Assembly: GCA_963833575.1 (NCBI GenBank)
Contig: CAWHXY010000007.1
Coordinates: 480,001 to 544,000 of the forward strand
Length of the DNA stretch: 64,000 nucleotides
Reading direction: 5' to 3'
Source: Candidatus Bathyarchaeota archaeon
GTDB taxonomy: Archaea > Thermoproteota > Bathyarchaeia > Bathyarchaeales > Bathycorpusculaceae
Shown here in pieces: positions 1 through 10,221 of this stretch; within the stretch, counting starts at the first letter, position 1; each line of letters opens with the position of its first letter. Under the pieces are notes generated by a model. The model saw only the letters and a program-made list of their open reading frames with translations, was not told the origin of the DNA and searched no databases. Position numbers and translations under genes: made by a program.

Positions 1-822
1 ATGGCGGAAAAATCACTGAAAGATCGAACTGAGCAGTTGGAGCAAACGCAAAAGAAGCTTGAAGAAAATGCTTGCTCACTCGAAGAGTACGCAAATCAAA
101 TGGAAGAACTAGCTAAGCAAAGACTAAGTCAATTAAAAGATGCTGAACGATTGGCAGCTATTGGTGCCACAGCAGGTATGGTTGGCCATGATATTCGAAA
201 TCCTCTACAGGCGATCATTGGCGATTTATATTTGGCAAAAATAGATTTGGCTGAGGGGCCAGACTGCGAAGGGAAAAACAAGGCTTTGGAGTCAATTGAG
301 GAGATAGAAAAAAATGTCGACTACATAAACAAGATTGTAGCTGACCTTCAAGATTATGCTCGGCCTCTTAATCCGCAATTGCAAGAAACAAGCGTGAAAT
401 CGGTGTTTGATGAAATATTGGCTAAGAATGGGGTTCCCAAAAACATTAAGGTAACTGTTGAAGTAGAAGATTTATCAGACAAGGTTATTGTTGATCCTGC
501 ATACCTTAAGCGTATAGCAGCAAACTTAACTTTGAATGCAGTTCAAGCTATGCCTGAGGGTGGTAAACTAAATATTAGAGCCTTTCTCGACAAACAGACT
601 GACGACGTTTTGATAACAGTTAAAGATACAGGGGTTGGAATTCCCGAAGATGTCAAGCCCAAACTGTTTACTCCTATGATAACGACGAAATCTAAAGGTC
701 AAGGATTCGGGTTAGCTGTGATCAAACGTATGACTGAAGCGTTAGGCGGCACGGTAACTTTCGAGAGCAAAGAAGGTGAAGGAACAACCTTCATCATACG
801 TTTACCTCCGCAAAAAAAATGA
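1..822 (+). CDS. Sensor histidine kinase, C-terminal part (HisKA + HATPase_c); probably 5'-truncated by the window edge
   Basis: H-box GHDIRNPL, N-box NLTLNAVQAM, G1 DTGVGI, F-box LFTP, G2 GQGFGL; preceding coiled coil. Confidence 0.95.
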   Translation: MAEKSLKDRTEQLEQTQKKLEENACSLEEYANQMEELAKQRLSQLKDAERLAAIGATAGMVGHDIRNPLQAIIGDLYLAKIDLAEGPDCEGKNKALESIEEIEKNVDYINKIVADLQDYARPLNPQLQETSVKSVFDEILAKNGVPKNIKVTVEVEDLSDKVIVDPAYLKRIAANLTLNAVQAMPEGGKLNIRAFLDKQTDDVLITVKDTGVGIPEDVKPKLFTPMITTKSKGQGFGLAVIKRMTEALGGTVTFESKEGEGTTFIIRLPPQKK

Positions 823-970
823 ACGCACATTGGTCTTCAAGAAAGCATAGTTTCTTAGATGCGAATCTACTGCTCTGAATTTGGCAGGCGTAACCAGTCT
901 TAGCACTAACTTCTAAGAGTGAAAACTCAATAACTTTTCAATCTTTGAACAAATGAACCAAAATGAGGTT

Positions 971-1026
971 GAAAACGACGTGGAAAAAATTGTAATAACC
1001 TTGTCCGGGGTAAACCTAATTTAAGT
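971..1026 (+). repeat. ~55 bp dispersed direct repeat, copy 1 (copy 2 at 5479-5534)
   Basis: tgtaataacc-N5-ccggggtaaacYtaatttaagt shared by both copies. Confidence 0.85.
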
Positions 1027-1078
1027 GCAGTGGTCTCCACAGAGAAGAATATTCTGCAATAATCTTTTTGGTTTTAAT

Positions 1079-1210
1079 TTGGGTTTGCTGAGGCTCTGGC
1101 TCAGAAATATAGAAAGAAATTTTCTTTTAGGAGAAAAAGAAAAAATGCTTTTGTTATCGCGATACTATGCCACGTATCGTGAATTTTAGATAAAGCCTAC
1201 TCAGCCCTAT
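1079..1210. repeat. Structured intergenic repeat, copy 1 (copy 2 at 51288-51399)
   Basis: Shared blocks gggtttgYtgaggctctggc, cgtgaatttta, agcctactcaRccc; inner hairpin tcgcgatac/gtatcgtga. Confidence 0.8.
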
Positions 1211-1270
1211 TTTTTTCTCCATTATTTTTTAAGACTAAAAAAAGGGAATGTTGTTTTAGATTTGCTTTTT

Positions 1271-4246
1271 TTATGGTCGCTTCCTAACTGATATCAGTAT
1301 TAGAGCACCGACTATGGCTATCGCAATTATCATTGCGACCGCCGCTGCTGCGATGTACATTTCGGTTGGAGGCTGCGCTGTCACTGGTTGTGGAGATGCC
1401 GTCGACCCTGGAGCGCTGACAACCATTGAGGTTTCTGCGCTTGATGACCAGTAACCATTGGTGCCGGCGAAGGTTGCCGTGACTGTGTATTTGCCTGAAA
1501 TGTCAGGTGTCCATGAGAGGCTGTACGAGCCAGTTGCGTCGGTTGTTGCGGTTCCTATGACCCTGCTATTGCCGTTAGAGTCTACAACGCTGATTGTCAC
1601 TGGAACTCCTATGAAGTTGGTTGGTTCGGCTTGTTGCTGGTAAACGTAGCCCATCCAGTCAGTCATGTTTGCGTCAGATACAACTGGAACTCCATTTGGA
1701 AAGTCAGCTGCTTGTGCAGTTTGTTTTGTGCCAGCGGAAGTATCTATGACTGCGCCTCGAATTACTAGTGGTTGCCCAAAGGTTAAACCGGCATCTGGTG
1801 CTGTGATTGTGGTAGTGCTTGGTCCTTGGCCGACAGTGTAGATTTGCATGTCATAACCGTTTAGGAATGATGCGTAGCCGTCAGCTATTGCGGGAGTAGC
1901 CATACTGCCGTAACATGAAAGCGTCCAGATTTCTTGTCCTGTCGTTGCGTTAATTGCTCGCGCTTCTGCTCCTTTGTAAATAGGGTCAGTGATTGTGTGC
2001 TCGTTACTCATCAGGTATACTACACCGTTACCGCCGATAGGCCCGACGTAGGTTGGGTATTCACCGTAAACCGAGCTTAAGCTCATGGTGCTGTTGCCTG
2101 GGTCACCATTGCCATATGTCCATTTCAAAGCACCAGTCGAATCGTCAAAGCAGTAGCAAATTCCGCCCATGTTATCGATGTAGAGATTGCCGTAAGCAAT
2201 CGCGCCGATTATGCCATAGCCGAGTTCATAGTACTGCATGGCCACCATAGGTGATGTTGGACCCCATATCTGTTGACCTGTTGTTAGACTGTATCCTACA
2301 AATTGCTCTGGTTCCTCATAGTATACGGCGAAAGTTCGGGTTTGCCAGTCGGCTCCGGTAATGCTAAGAGTGAGGTTGCCTGCTGGTGGGTTATACGTTT
2401 GCATCCATAGTATCGAGCCAATTGCTCCACGAGATGCGTTGAGGTTGAGTGCGAATAGTGTGTAGGGAAGTTGTGGGTAGCCTGTTGAGGTAGTTGCGAA
2501 GCCGCTAGGTAGAGAGCCGTTTCTGCAAAGCATTATATCGTTAAAGTCGGTTGCAACGATCGTTAAGGGACATGTTCCGCCTGCTGCAAAGTCGCCAATA
2601 GCTGTTCCTTGTTCAGTGGGGGTTACTGTTTGTCCTGTTGCTGAGTTAAAGGTGGGTTGCAAGGGCATGGTGTTGAGCCAAGGGACGGAAATGTTCCAGT
2701 CGAAAGTTGTTCGTGCACCAACATTAAGCGGGTATACTGTTGTAGAGTTAAGCGGGATGAAAGCATTGTCTGTTATTGTTGACCCATAGGGAATAAAAAC
2801 TGAGGCTCCAGTTGGCGTGGTACCAGTAGTGCCCAAAGTTGTTAGGGGGATGCCTGAAGACGAAACGAGGACTCCATTGGATGCATTTACAACTGATGGT
2901 GACAGACTTCCACCGAACGTGTATGGATTAACGTCGGATTGCCACAGGTCGGATGAGTTCCACTGAGCTAAATACCAATTGGGATTGGCGGATGTGCCAT
3001 AGTTCATGAATACATATTTGATTTGTTCGCTGCTTGGACCCGGTACTGTTGCGGTTGTGAGTGCTACGGCTGGCTGACCTCCTACAAGCTGACCTGTTTG
3101 TGGTGCGAAACCTGGAACATTAGTTACGTTGAATAATTGTTGTCCTGTGAATCCATCCCAAAGCGTCCACATCGAAGGCAAACCAGTTACTCCGCCTCCT
3201 GCTGTTGAAACTAGTATTGGCGGAAATACTCCGTGTTGTTCGCCGTTCCAAAGGTTATAGATGTACGCGAATGATAGCGAATGTATGGCATTCGAAGACC
3301 AAACAAGTTGTCCTGTTTGTAAGTTGACGCAATTTAATGGTCCGTTGCTGCCCCCTGTGAATCCTTCTGGTCCGTTATAGTAAAGGTATCCGTCGACTAT
3401 TATCGGATTGGAGAATCTTCCGATGTAGCATGAGCCTTCAAAGTAACCTACGCCTTGAGCTGTGGGGTATTCGTTACCTCCTACAACTCCGCCCTGCTGA
3501 ATTGGCTGTGTCCACATAATGTGAGAAGTCAGTGGTCCCACTGCATCGCCATGATATGTCGAGGAGCTAGTGTAACCAGCTATCTGAGGTGAACCTGAAC
3601 CTAGCCAGTTTGAAGAAATCGTGTACCAATTAGTATTTTCACCGTATATTGGCCTTGTCCAGTAGTTTGTCGGCATCGGTTCTGAGGTTACAGCGGCGGG
3701 GATTGGTGCCTGCTGAACAGTGATTGTTGTTGAAGCACTGCTTGGCAGATAAGTGTCATTCATCAATATTGAACCAGAATAGCCGTCACCACTTGCCCCA
3801 TACACTTGCCCTGGGAAAGTAAAGTTAAACGTGTATGTGCCAGTTTGTGTTGGGGTGAAAGATGTTACCTCGTTAGATGTAGTGTCTTCAATTGTTGGAA
3901 AAGTAGTTTTGGTCGCTGTACCGTCAGGAGCTGTGATTGTAAGCTGGAAGTTCTGGAATCTGTAGTTGTTTGAAGTCAGGGCTGCGCTGGCTGTGTAACC
4001 GTTTGTTCCGATTACGGCGCTGGTTCCGCCTGCTGCTCCGTAGACCATGTCTAGCCACATGTAAACTTGTATTGGTTGACCGACGCCAATTATGCTGGGT
4101 TCTACGCTAATGTAGGCATATGTTGGAATATTCCATGCAGGTGTATGCGCGTTTGCTCTTGGGATTAGTGTGATTGAAGCAGTCATTGAAAATGCAAAGA
4201 GGATAATAATTGTCATAGCTGCAATTTTATTTTTGATAATTTTCAT
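1271..4246 (-). CDS. Large secreted, membrane-anchored surface protein with PQQ-like beta-propeller repeats and Ig-like domains
   Basis: Signal peptide; repeated 'TGQxxW' propeller motifs; C-terminal TM helix with basic tail RKRP; ATG at 4246 preferred over TTG at 4267. Confidence 0.8.
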   Translation of the reverse strand: MKIIKNKIAAMTIIILFAFSMTASITLIPRANAHTPAWNIPTYAYISVEPSIIGVGQPIQVYMWLDMVYGAAGGTSAVIGTNGYTASAALTSNNYRFQNFQLTITAPDGTATKTTFPTIEDTTSNEVTSFTPTQTGTYTFNFTFPGQVYGASGDGYSGSILMNDTYLPSSASTTITVQQAPIPAAVTSEPMPTNYWTRPIYGENTNWYTISSNWLGSGSPQIAGYTSSSTYHGDAVGPLTSHIMWTQPIQQGGVVGGNEYPTAQGVGYFEGSCYIGRFSNPIIVDGYLYYNGPEGFTGGSNGPLNCVNLQTGQLVWSSNAIHSLSFAYIYNLWNGEQHGVFPPILVSTAGGGVTGLPSMWTLWDGFTGQQLFNVTNVPGFAPQTGQLVGGQPAVALTTATVPGPSSEQIKYVFMNYGTSANPNWYLAQWNSSDLWQSDVNPYTFGGSLSPSVVNASNGVLVSSSGIPLTTLGTTGTTPTGASVFIPYGSTITDNAFIPLNSTTVYPLNVGARTTFDWNISVPWLNTMPLQPTFNSATGQTVTPTEQGTAIGDFAAGGTCPLTIVATDFNDIMLCRNGSLPSGFATTSTGYPQLPYTLFALNLNASRGAIGSILWMQTYNPPAGNLTLSITGADWQTRTFAVYYEEPEQFVGYSLTTGQQIWGPTSPMVAMQYYELGYGIIGAIAYGNLYIDNMGGICYCFDDSTGALKWTYGNGDPGNSTMSLSSVYGEYPTYVGPIGGNGVVYLMSNEHTITDPIYKGAEARAINATTGQEIWTLSCYGSMATPAIADGYASFLNGYDMQIYTVGQGPSTTTITAPDAGLTFGQPLVIRGAVIDTSAGTKQTAQAADFPNGVPVVSDANMTDWMGYVYQQQAEPTNFIGVPVTISVVDSNGNSRVIGTATTDATGSYSLSWTPDISGKYTVTATFAGTNGYWSSSAETSMVVSAPGSTASPQPVTAQPPTEMYIAAAAVAMIIAIAIVGALILISVRKRP

Positions 4247-4562
4247 TTTTCTTTTTCTTCCTTTCAATTTTAGTTACATCATCAAGTAGCTCGCGCGAAT
4301 ATTTTAGAACCGTTTACTGAGACTCTCAGTCAATGCTGTAATAGAAGATAGCAATGTAAAATTAAAAGAGGGAAAATTTTGTACTAAACCTCGTAGATAA
4401 GTTCATATTTTGGAGGAACTATTGTGTTTTTCTATTCATACTAAACTAAACAGATAATGTTTACTATAAAAATAATTGAGGCAATAATTTTATTGATTAA
4501 ACGGTAAACATTGAATAATTTTATATATTAATTCATATAGAATAGCGAGAGGAGAATGACAC

Positions 4563-5375
4563 TTGACTTCAAATACCATTGAATCCTCTGCAATACAAGT
4601 CTTGCATGCTTTTGGCTTAACAACAAATCAAGCCAAAATTTACCTTGCTATAGCTCATTCAAAAGCGGATACGGTAAGAGCAATTTGCGAAGCCTCGAAC
4701 ATCCCTTTAGAAAGTATTTACAGAATTATGCCGTCGCTTGAGGAAATGAACCTTGTAAAAAGAGTATTTACAGCTCCTGTAAAGTATAGGGCAGTGCCAA
4801 TAAGGGATGGAATAGCGATCCTGAAAACAAGGGACAAAAAAGAAAGGGAAAAATTATACAAGAAAACGGAAAGTCTAATGCAGACTCTTGTCGTTGAAGT
4901 TCCAATGAGCAAAATTTCAACGCTCTTTGATGAAACGATATTAATCACTGGGTTTAAACCATGGGTATTGGAAATCGGGCAAACTGTCAAAAATGCAAAA
5001 GAGTCTTTTCATAGCGTTACCTTTCCCCAAAGTTATCGAGCTGGCTTATTTCAAAATGGAGACCACTACAAACATTGTGTTCAGCGAGGAGTTGAATGCC
5101 ACATTGCTATCCTTCAATCCGGGGAAATAACGTCTTACAACCTAGGCGACAAAAAAGTAATAAACAACCCCCTATGGAAGCGCAAATTTATCACTCCTAT
5201 TCCAACAAATTTTATGCTAATTGATAATAGTGAACTCTTTGTTTCGTTAACGTATGGCGAAATGGGCCAAAAATTCAGAGGCTTGCATACAACAAGCTCT
5301 TGCCTTGTAACCCTTGCTAGAGACTTTTTTGACAAGCTATGGATTAATCCGACCGAACAGCAAATGGAAATATAG
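4563..5375 (+). CDS. TrmB-family transcriptional regulator
   Basis: N-terminal FGLTxNQAKIYL...IYRIMxxLEExxLV...PxKYRAVP wHTH; PLD-like effector domain at the C-terminus. Confidence 0.9.
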   Translation: MTSNTIESSAIQVLHAFGLTTNQAKIYLAIAHSKADTVRAICEASNIPLESIYRIMPSLEEMNLVKRVFTAPVKYRAVPIRDGIAILKTRDKKEREKLYKKTESLMQTLVVEVPMSKISTLFDETILITGFKPWVLEIGQTVKNAKESFHSVTFPQSYRAGLFQNGDHYKHCVQRGVECHIAILQSGEITSYNLGDKKVINNPLWKRKFITPIPTNFMLIDNSELFVSLTYGEMGQKFRGLHTTSSCLVTLARDFFDKLWINPTEQQMEI

Positions 5376-5478
5376 TCTAAGAATTTAAGAAAAAACAGTT
5401 TTATTAAAAAGAATGAAGCGTGCGCTTAATCCTATGTATATTGTGTAATAATTGACATTTTTAATGTTGAAAAATAGT

Positions 5479-5534
5479 GAAACGGCATGGATAAAAAATG
5501 TAATAACCGTTGCCGGGGTAAACTTAATTTAAGT
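5479..5534 (+). repeat. ~55 bp dispersed direct repeat, copy 2
   Basis: Matches 971-1026. Confidence 0.85.
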
Positions 5535-5795
5535 TTAGTCTTCGTTTGAGATTGCTTCTTGCGCGTGCTCTGTAAGGCTCCTCGCATTTTGGGTTTTGGC
5601 TAAGAAACTATTGAGGCTTCTTTCTGTTACCACAAGTCTTTATTAATGTTATTTCGGAAGCATTGTTAGTTAATAAAATCTTGAGGTTTATTTTATGAAA
5701 AAACTATACTTTGCTATAGCAAAAAGCGTGAATCCTGCATCTGATACGCAGACAAATTCAATCATATTTTCTTTAAACTGGATGGTGACGTAGAC

Positions 5796-7580
5796 ATGAC
5801 GAATAAAATAGCGGCAAATCTGATAATTACCCTGCTTCTAATTGGTGTAATTGCTGGAGTTTCAGTCACTTCTTTCCGATCCCTCAACAACGAAGCTTCC
5901 CAGGTTGTTAATGCTGCAACTTTATTTCCTGTTCCAGGTGCTTCAGTAAGTGCTTCTGGGGGAACGGTTGGAAGTGGGTCTACTTTAGCTGACTCCCAAG
6001 GCCAGTATCTCATATCGACCTTTTTGGATTCAGGCAATTATACGGTGACGGCGTCTGCACCGGGTTTCATTGATCAGCAAGTGGACAATATAGTTGTGAC
6101 TGCTGGAGCCTTAACCCCCAATGTTAATATTGTTATGAGCGTTTCGGGTGGCATTTCTGGAAAAGTAACTGATGCAGTGTCTGGTTTGCCTGTGTATTTG
6201 GCGATAGTGAGTGTTGAAAGTGCAGATGGCTTAAGCACTGGGGCAGCTGTCACTGATGCGAATGGCAATTATCAAATAATTCAAAACCTTCAAACTGGAA
6301 TTTACAATGCAACAGTTGACTATCTCTTAGGTGCAATAGGTTACGTATCACAGACCCAAACGGGGATTGCTGTCACTGCGGGTTCAATGACCAACAATGT
6401 GAACTTTGCCTTACCTCATTCAGGCATGATTACCGGAACTGTGACAGATGCAAACACTCATGCTCCATTGCAAGGGATATCCGTTGTAGCGGAAAGTTCA
6501 GATGGTGCCTCAGTGGGCTTTGCAGCAACAAATTCCTCAGGGCAATACACAATCAACAGCAATCTAGCCACTGGAACTTACAATGTTACCACATTTTTCC
6601 CTAAGGGGTATCTTGAAAATTCTGTATCGGGCATAGTTGTAACTGCTGGACAGTCTACCATCGCTAACCTCGCTCTTAATCCGTCGGGGGTTATTTCTGG
6701 AAGAGTAACAAACGGCGCAAACGGACAGCCCATTTCAGGAGCAACTGTTACTGCGATATCTGCCAGTGGAATCGGCTCAGCAACAACTGACTCGTCAGGA
6801 AACTATGTAATCTCAACTGATTTAACAACCGGAAGCTACGTTGTATCGGCTTCTTATGGGACAGGTTTTTCCACGAATCCAAGCGTAAGTGTCACCTCAG
6901 GCGCGACGACGTCTGGCATTGATTTCCAGCTGACTGTTGCAGCATCTGGAACGATAAGTGGACAAGTTATGAGCGGCGGTGTTCCAGTGGTTGGTGCAAC
7001 TGTTTCTGCGCAAGGAACAGGAGGCTCCAACTCAAACGATACAGACAGCAACGGCAACTACATAATATCCTCCGGTCTAGGAACAGGATCTTACACCGTA
7101 AATGTTACTGCAACAGGATACTTATCGCAGCAGCAAACTGGCGTTCTTGTAACGGTTAATCAAATAACACCTAACATTAATTTCGCATTAGTTGCTGCAC
7201 CTTCAGGAAGCATTTCTGGCCAAATCCTCTCGGCACAAACATCACCTTTCCCCTCTCCAACTCCAGTACCAACGGCAGTTCCAACAGCAGTGCCTACAGC
7301 AGTACCTACAGCAGTACCTACAGCAGTTCCGACGGCTGTGCCAACGGCGGTTCCTACAGCAGCACCAACTTCATATTCAAGTTCAACTCAAACGGCTGTT
7401 CCAACAGCAGCACCAACGGCAGCTCCAACAGCTAAACCAGCCACAACTCCAACGCCTAAACCAACTTCTGCAGTTCCAGAGTTTTCCTCATCCATAGTCT
7501 TGTCGTTGCTCATCACATTAGTCGTGGCCGCTTTAGCTATGCTAATGCTAAGAAAACGAGTGGTAAAAAGCCACAGTTAA
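5796..7580 (+). CDS. Cell-surface protein with five carboxypeptidase-regulatory-like (Cna-B-like) repeats, PTAV linker and PEF-CTERM sorting signal
   Basis: Repeats of G-x-I-[ST]-G-x-V-T-D...T-D-x-x-G-x-Y; C-terminal VPEF + TM + RKR. Confidence 0.85.
   Translation: MTNKIAANLIITLLLIGVIAGVSVTSFRSLNNEASQVVNAATLFPVPGASVSASGGTVGSGSTLADSQGQYLISTFLDSGNYTVTASAPGFIDQQVDNIVVTAGALTPNVNIVMSVSGGISGKVTDAVSGLPVYLAIVSVESADGLSTGAAVTDANGNYQIIQNLQTGIYNATVDYLLGAIGYVSQTQTGIAVTAGSMTNNVNFALPHSGMITGTVTDANTHAPLQGISVVAESSDGASVGFAATNSSGQYTINSNLATGTYNVTTFFPKGYLENSVSGIVVTAGQSTIANLALNPSGVISGRVTNGANGQPISGATVTAISASGIGSATTDSSGNYVISTDLTTGSYVVSASYGTGFSTNPSVSVTSGATTSGIDFQLTVAASGTISGQVMSGGVPVVGATVSAQGTGGSNSNDTDSNGNYIISSGLGTGSYTVNVTATGYLSQQQTGVLVTVNQITPNINFALVAAPSGSISGQILSAQTSPFPSPTPVPTAVPTAVPTAVPTAVPTAVPTAVPTAVPTAAPTSYSSSTQTAVPTAAPTAAPTAKPATTPTPKPTSAVPEFSSSIVLSLLITLVVAALAMLMLRKRVVKSHS
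7266..7361 (+). repeat. 12-bp coding tandem repeat (VPTA)x~8
   Basis: gtNccNacNgcN units varying at third codon positions. Confidence 0.9.
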
Positions 7581-7675
7581 TATCGACTTTGGCAAAACCA
7601 CTACTACCCTTTTTTTTTGTTAACAAACAACTTTACAAAAATTGTTGAAACCGCGAAGTTTTCAGAAGCGTCCAT

Positions 7676-7882
7676 TTAGTTTTCCGTTAAAAGTATGTCT
7701 TGCCATTCGGGTTTGATTTTGATTCTGCATGTTTTTTCTTCGTATGTGATTAAGCCTTTTTTGGATAGGAAATGTGCGAATTCGGTTAACTTGTCTGTTG
7801 GCACTTTGATTTGGACAGACAGGTCGGTTAAGTCGTGCCATTTTCCGTCTTTGAGAATTGTGAAGAATTTTTCTATAGTCAT
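7676..7882 (-). CDS. Small winged-helix protein
   Basis: 68 aa; LKDGKWH...helix-turn-helix...FLSKKGLI followed by a beta wing. Confidence 0.65.
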   Translation of the reverse strand: MTIEKFFTILKDGKWHDLTDLSVQIKVPTDKLTEFAHFLSKKGLITYEEKTCRIKIKPEWQDILLTEN

Positions 7883-8094
7883 CTGTTTTCTGGGTTCAAT
7901 ATCTTTGGTATTGTATTTAACGGTGGTAGAACCTGTGATATGGGTTTGTCCTGATTGTAATCTGTATTTTTCGCTTCTGGTTTTATAGATAAGTTGTCGA
8001 ACGTTTACTAGATTGTATCTATGATAACTATCTAGTGGGTAGTGTTCTTTGGTCCCTACTTGTTGTTCTACATGTTTTATAACACTGGTGCGCT

Positions 8095-8559
8095 ATGTTC
8101 TTGATTAATGAGCACAGTAATTCTGGTATATTCTGCTCCGGTTCACGGGGGGATGGAAGAGTAGTGACTATCGAAAGTTCTGATCCATCAATTGTTGATG
8201 TGGAAGAGGTTAAGGCGGAGTGGAAGTTGCTTTGGCGGGGGCGTATCGAAGATAAGGTTCGGGCCGAAGGCATGGCGGACCAGAGTTTTCCGTTGTTGTT
8301 CGTCGAGCGAGGCACTGTAATTGTTGCTTCGAGAGATTTTAAATCATTGAATTTGAAAGAGATTTTGAGTTCTTATAATGTCCAGAACATGGAACGAGTT
8401 GTTGGTCCGCGTCCGTTGGAGGGTGGATGGACAAAGTTTGCCAAGACTGTGCTGAATAAGCAGACTCGAGTTCAAAAATTTAAGGCTGAGGTAGAGCCTG
8501 TACGTTCTGGAAAGAGGGCGCAGCTTAAGAAGGGTGGCAGAGGCTGGCTTCACCAATAA
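8095..8559 (+). CDS. Hypothetical protein (true start possibly near 8164)
   Basis: Long ORF with protein-like composition, purine-rich SD-like gggggatgg before GTG at 8164. Confidence 0.6.
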   Translation: MFLINEHSNSGIFCSGSRGDGRVVTIESSDPSIVDVEEVKAEWKLLWRGRIEDKVRAEGMADQSFPLLFVERGTVIVASRDFKSLNLKEILSSYNVQNMERVVGPRPLEGGWTKFAKTVLNKQTRVQKFKAEVEPVRSGKRAQLKKGGRGWLHQ

Positions 8560-8630
8560 ACAAATAGATTATGCTATTTTCGGAAGAATTTTGGTTCATT
8601 AAATTTTGTTTTCTCAGATAATTTTGGGAG

Positions 8631-9017
8631 TTGAAGCGTTTGTCTTTGAAGGATCGGGAAGTTGTGAGTAAGAATCGTTGCAGTTTGGATATTGTGCGTG
8701 AAGTGCTTTCTGTAGCTTCGGTTAAGGTTCGGAAGACTAAGATTATGTATGGGGCTAACTTGAATTTTCTTCAGGTGGAAAAATATTTGAATGCCCTTTT
8801 GGGCAATGGTCTTTTGGAACGAGATGGCAATTCCAGTTACATAATTACTGGGGCGGGGTTGGAGTTTCTTCAACGCTACGAAGAGTATCTGAAGCGAACT
8901 TTTCAGTTAAAAGTCGAGACTCAGATGAACATGAAGGATAAGCTTCAGCTTGAGCGTATGTGTTTTGCCAGCAAAAATCGGGTTGTAAGTGAACAAAGTC
9001 AGGGCTCAAAGACTTGA
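8631..9017 (+). CDS. Archaeal winged-helix transcriptional regulator (HTH_45-like)
   Basis: R-x-x-LDIVxEVL...KTKIMYGANLN...KYLxxLxxxGLL...YxITxxGxEFL. Confidence 0.85.
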   Translation: MKRLSLKDREVVSKNRCSLDIVREVLSVASVKVRKTKIMYGANLNFLQVEKYLNALLGNGLLERDGNSSYIITGAGLEFLQRYEEYLKRTFQLKVETQMNMKDKLQLERMCFASKNRVVSEQSQGSKT

Positions 9018-9120
9018 TATGTTTAGTTTGACATATCGATTTAGGGTGGACTTGGGTATGATTAATAAAAGAGATAGTTAGTTGAATTTTAGTGGGCAAC
9101 AGTCGTTGTAGGGTACATCT

Positions 9121-9789
9121 TTGATGCAAGTCATCATTGCTGCTTTGAATGAGGAAAAAGGCATTGGTCTTACCATATCCGAGTTAAACAAGACTTTGAA
9201 GAATCCTCGGATTTTGGTAGTTGACGGCAGAAGTACCGACAGGACTGTTGAAGTGGCCAGGGAGTTAGGTGCCGATGTTGTTTTGCAAGATGGATTAGGC
9301 AAAGGTGATGCCTTGGCGAAAGCAATCAAATGCGCGGATTTATCGGGTGATTACGTAGTCATAACAGATGCAGACTACACCTATCCCGCTACGTACGTTC
9401 CAGAGATGGTTCAGATACTTGAAAAGAAACCCAATGTAGGCATGGTTTGTGGCAACCGGTTTAGTGGCTACTTAGATCTGAAAGGGTTGAATAGCCTTTT
9501 TTACTTTGGCAACAGGGCAATCGCATTTACGCACAACTTTCTAAATGGCATCCAATTGGCTGACCCGTTGACGGGGTTGCGTGTTGTCCGGGCGAAAATT
9601 CTTCGAAACTGGAAAATCCTATCGAAGGGGTTTGACGTTGAGGTAGAGCTTAATCACCGTGTTGAGCGGGAAGGTTTTAGCATCGAAGAGGTTCCGATTC
9701 AATATCGAGAAAGACTAGGCGAGAAGAAACTTGGGGTCAGGCATGGTGCAGAAATTTTAAAGCGCATAATGCTCGAAACAATGTATTGA
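9121..9789 (+). CDS. GT2 polyprenol-phosphate glycosyltransferase (DPM1-like)
   Basis: ALNEE, VVDGRSTDRT, GKG, DADYTY, DPLTG, FDVEVEL motifs. Confidence 0.9.
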   Translation: MMQVIIAALNEEKGIGLTISELNKTLKNPRILVVDGRSTDRTVEVARELGADVVLQDGLGKGDALAKAIKCADLSGDYVVITDADYTYPATYVPEMVQILEKKPNVGMVCGNRFSGYLDLKGLNSLFYFGNRAIAFTHNFLNGIQLADPLTGLRVVRAKILRNWKILSKGFDVEVELNHRVEREGFSIEEVPIQYRERLGEKKLGVRHGAEILKRIMLETMY

Positions 9790-9866
9790 CATAGCTAAAA
9801 CGTTCAAGAATGGACATTATGTCTTGTTTTCCTTATTGCTTTAAATAATAGGGTGACGAAGAAGTT

Positions 9867-10058
9867 ATGTTTGAGAGTGTGTGGATGGAGAAGGTAGCGA
9901 AGCAGAGTGTTCCGACGCAAGTTATCTTGGCTGAGTTACGCGAAGAAACTAAAATCGGATTTGCCAAAACAAATGTTAACCAATGTTTTGAGAATATCTA
10001 TGCTGTCATCCAACCTAACCATGTCATCCGGACGCATCAAGACGATTATGAAATTTGA
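9867..10058 (+). CDS. Small hypothetical protein
   Basis: 63 aa ORF preceded by SD-like gggtga. Confidence 0.4.
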   Translation: MFESVWMEKVAKQSVPTQVILAELREETKIGFAKTNVNQCFENIYAVIQPNHVIRTHQDDYEI

Positions 10059-10221
10059 TACTAATGTGTATTGTAAACGTTTAGTTACAGCTCACTTTGT
10101 TTCTTGTCCGCTTCTGTCAAGAAGGGATAATGTAGACTTGCCTGCGCATAATAAACTCCTATGTATGACGTTGTTTTGGGTTGTTTAAATCTTTTATTTT
10201 TTTTGGGGGGGTGCTGAAAAT

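Noticed and set aside
7192-7497. Q-rich ORF, and similarly 40254-40502, 40280-40573 and 50850-51080
   Set aside because: Alternative-frame or antisense shadows of Pro/Thr repeat linkers.
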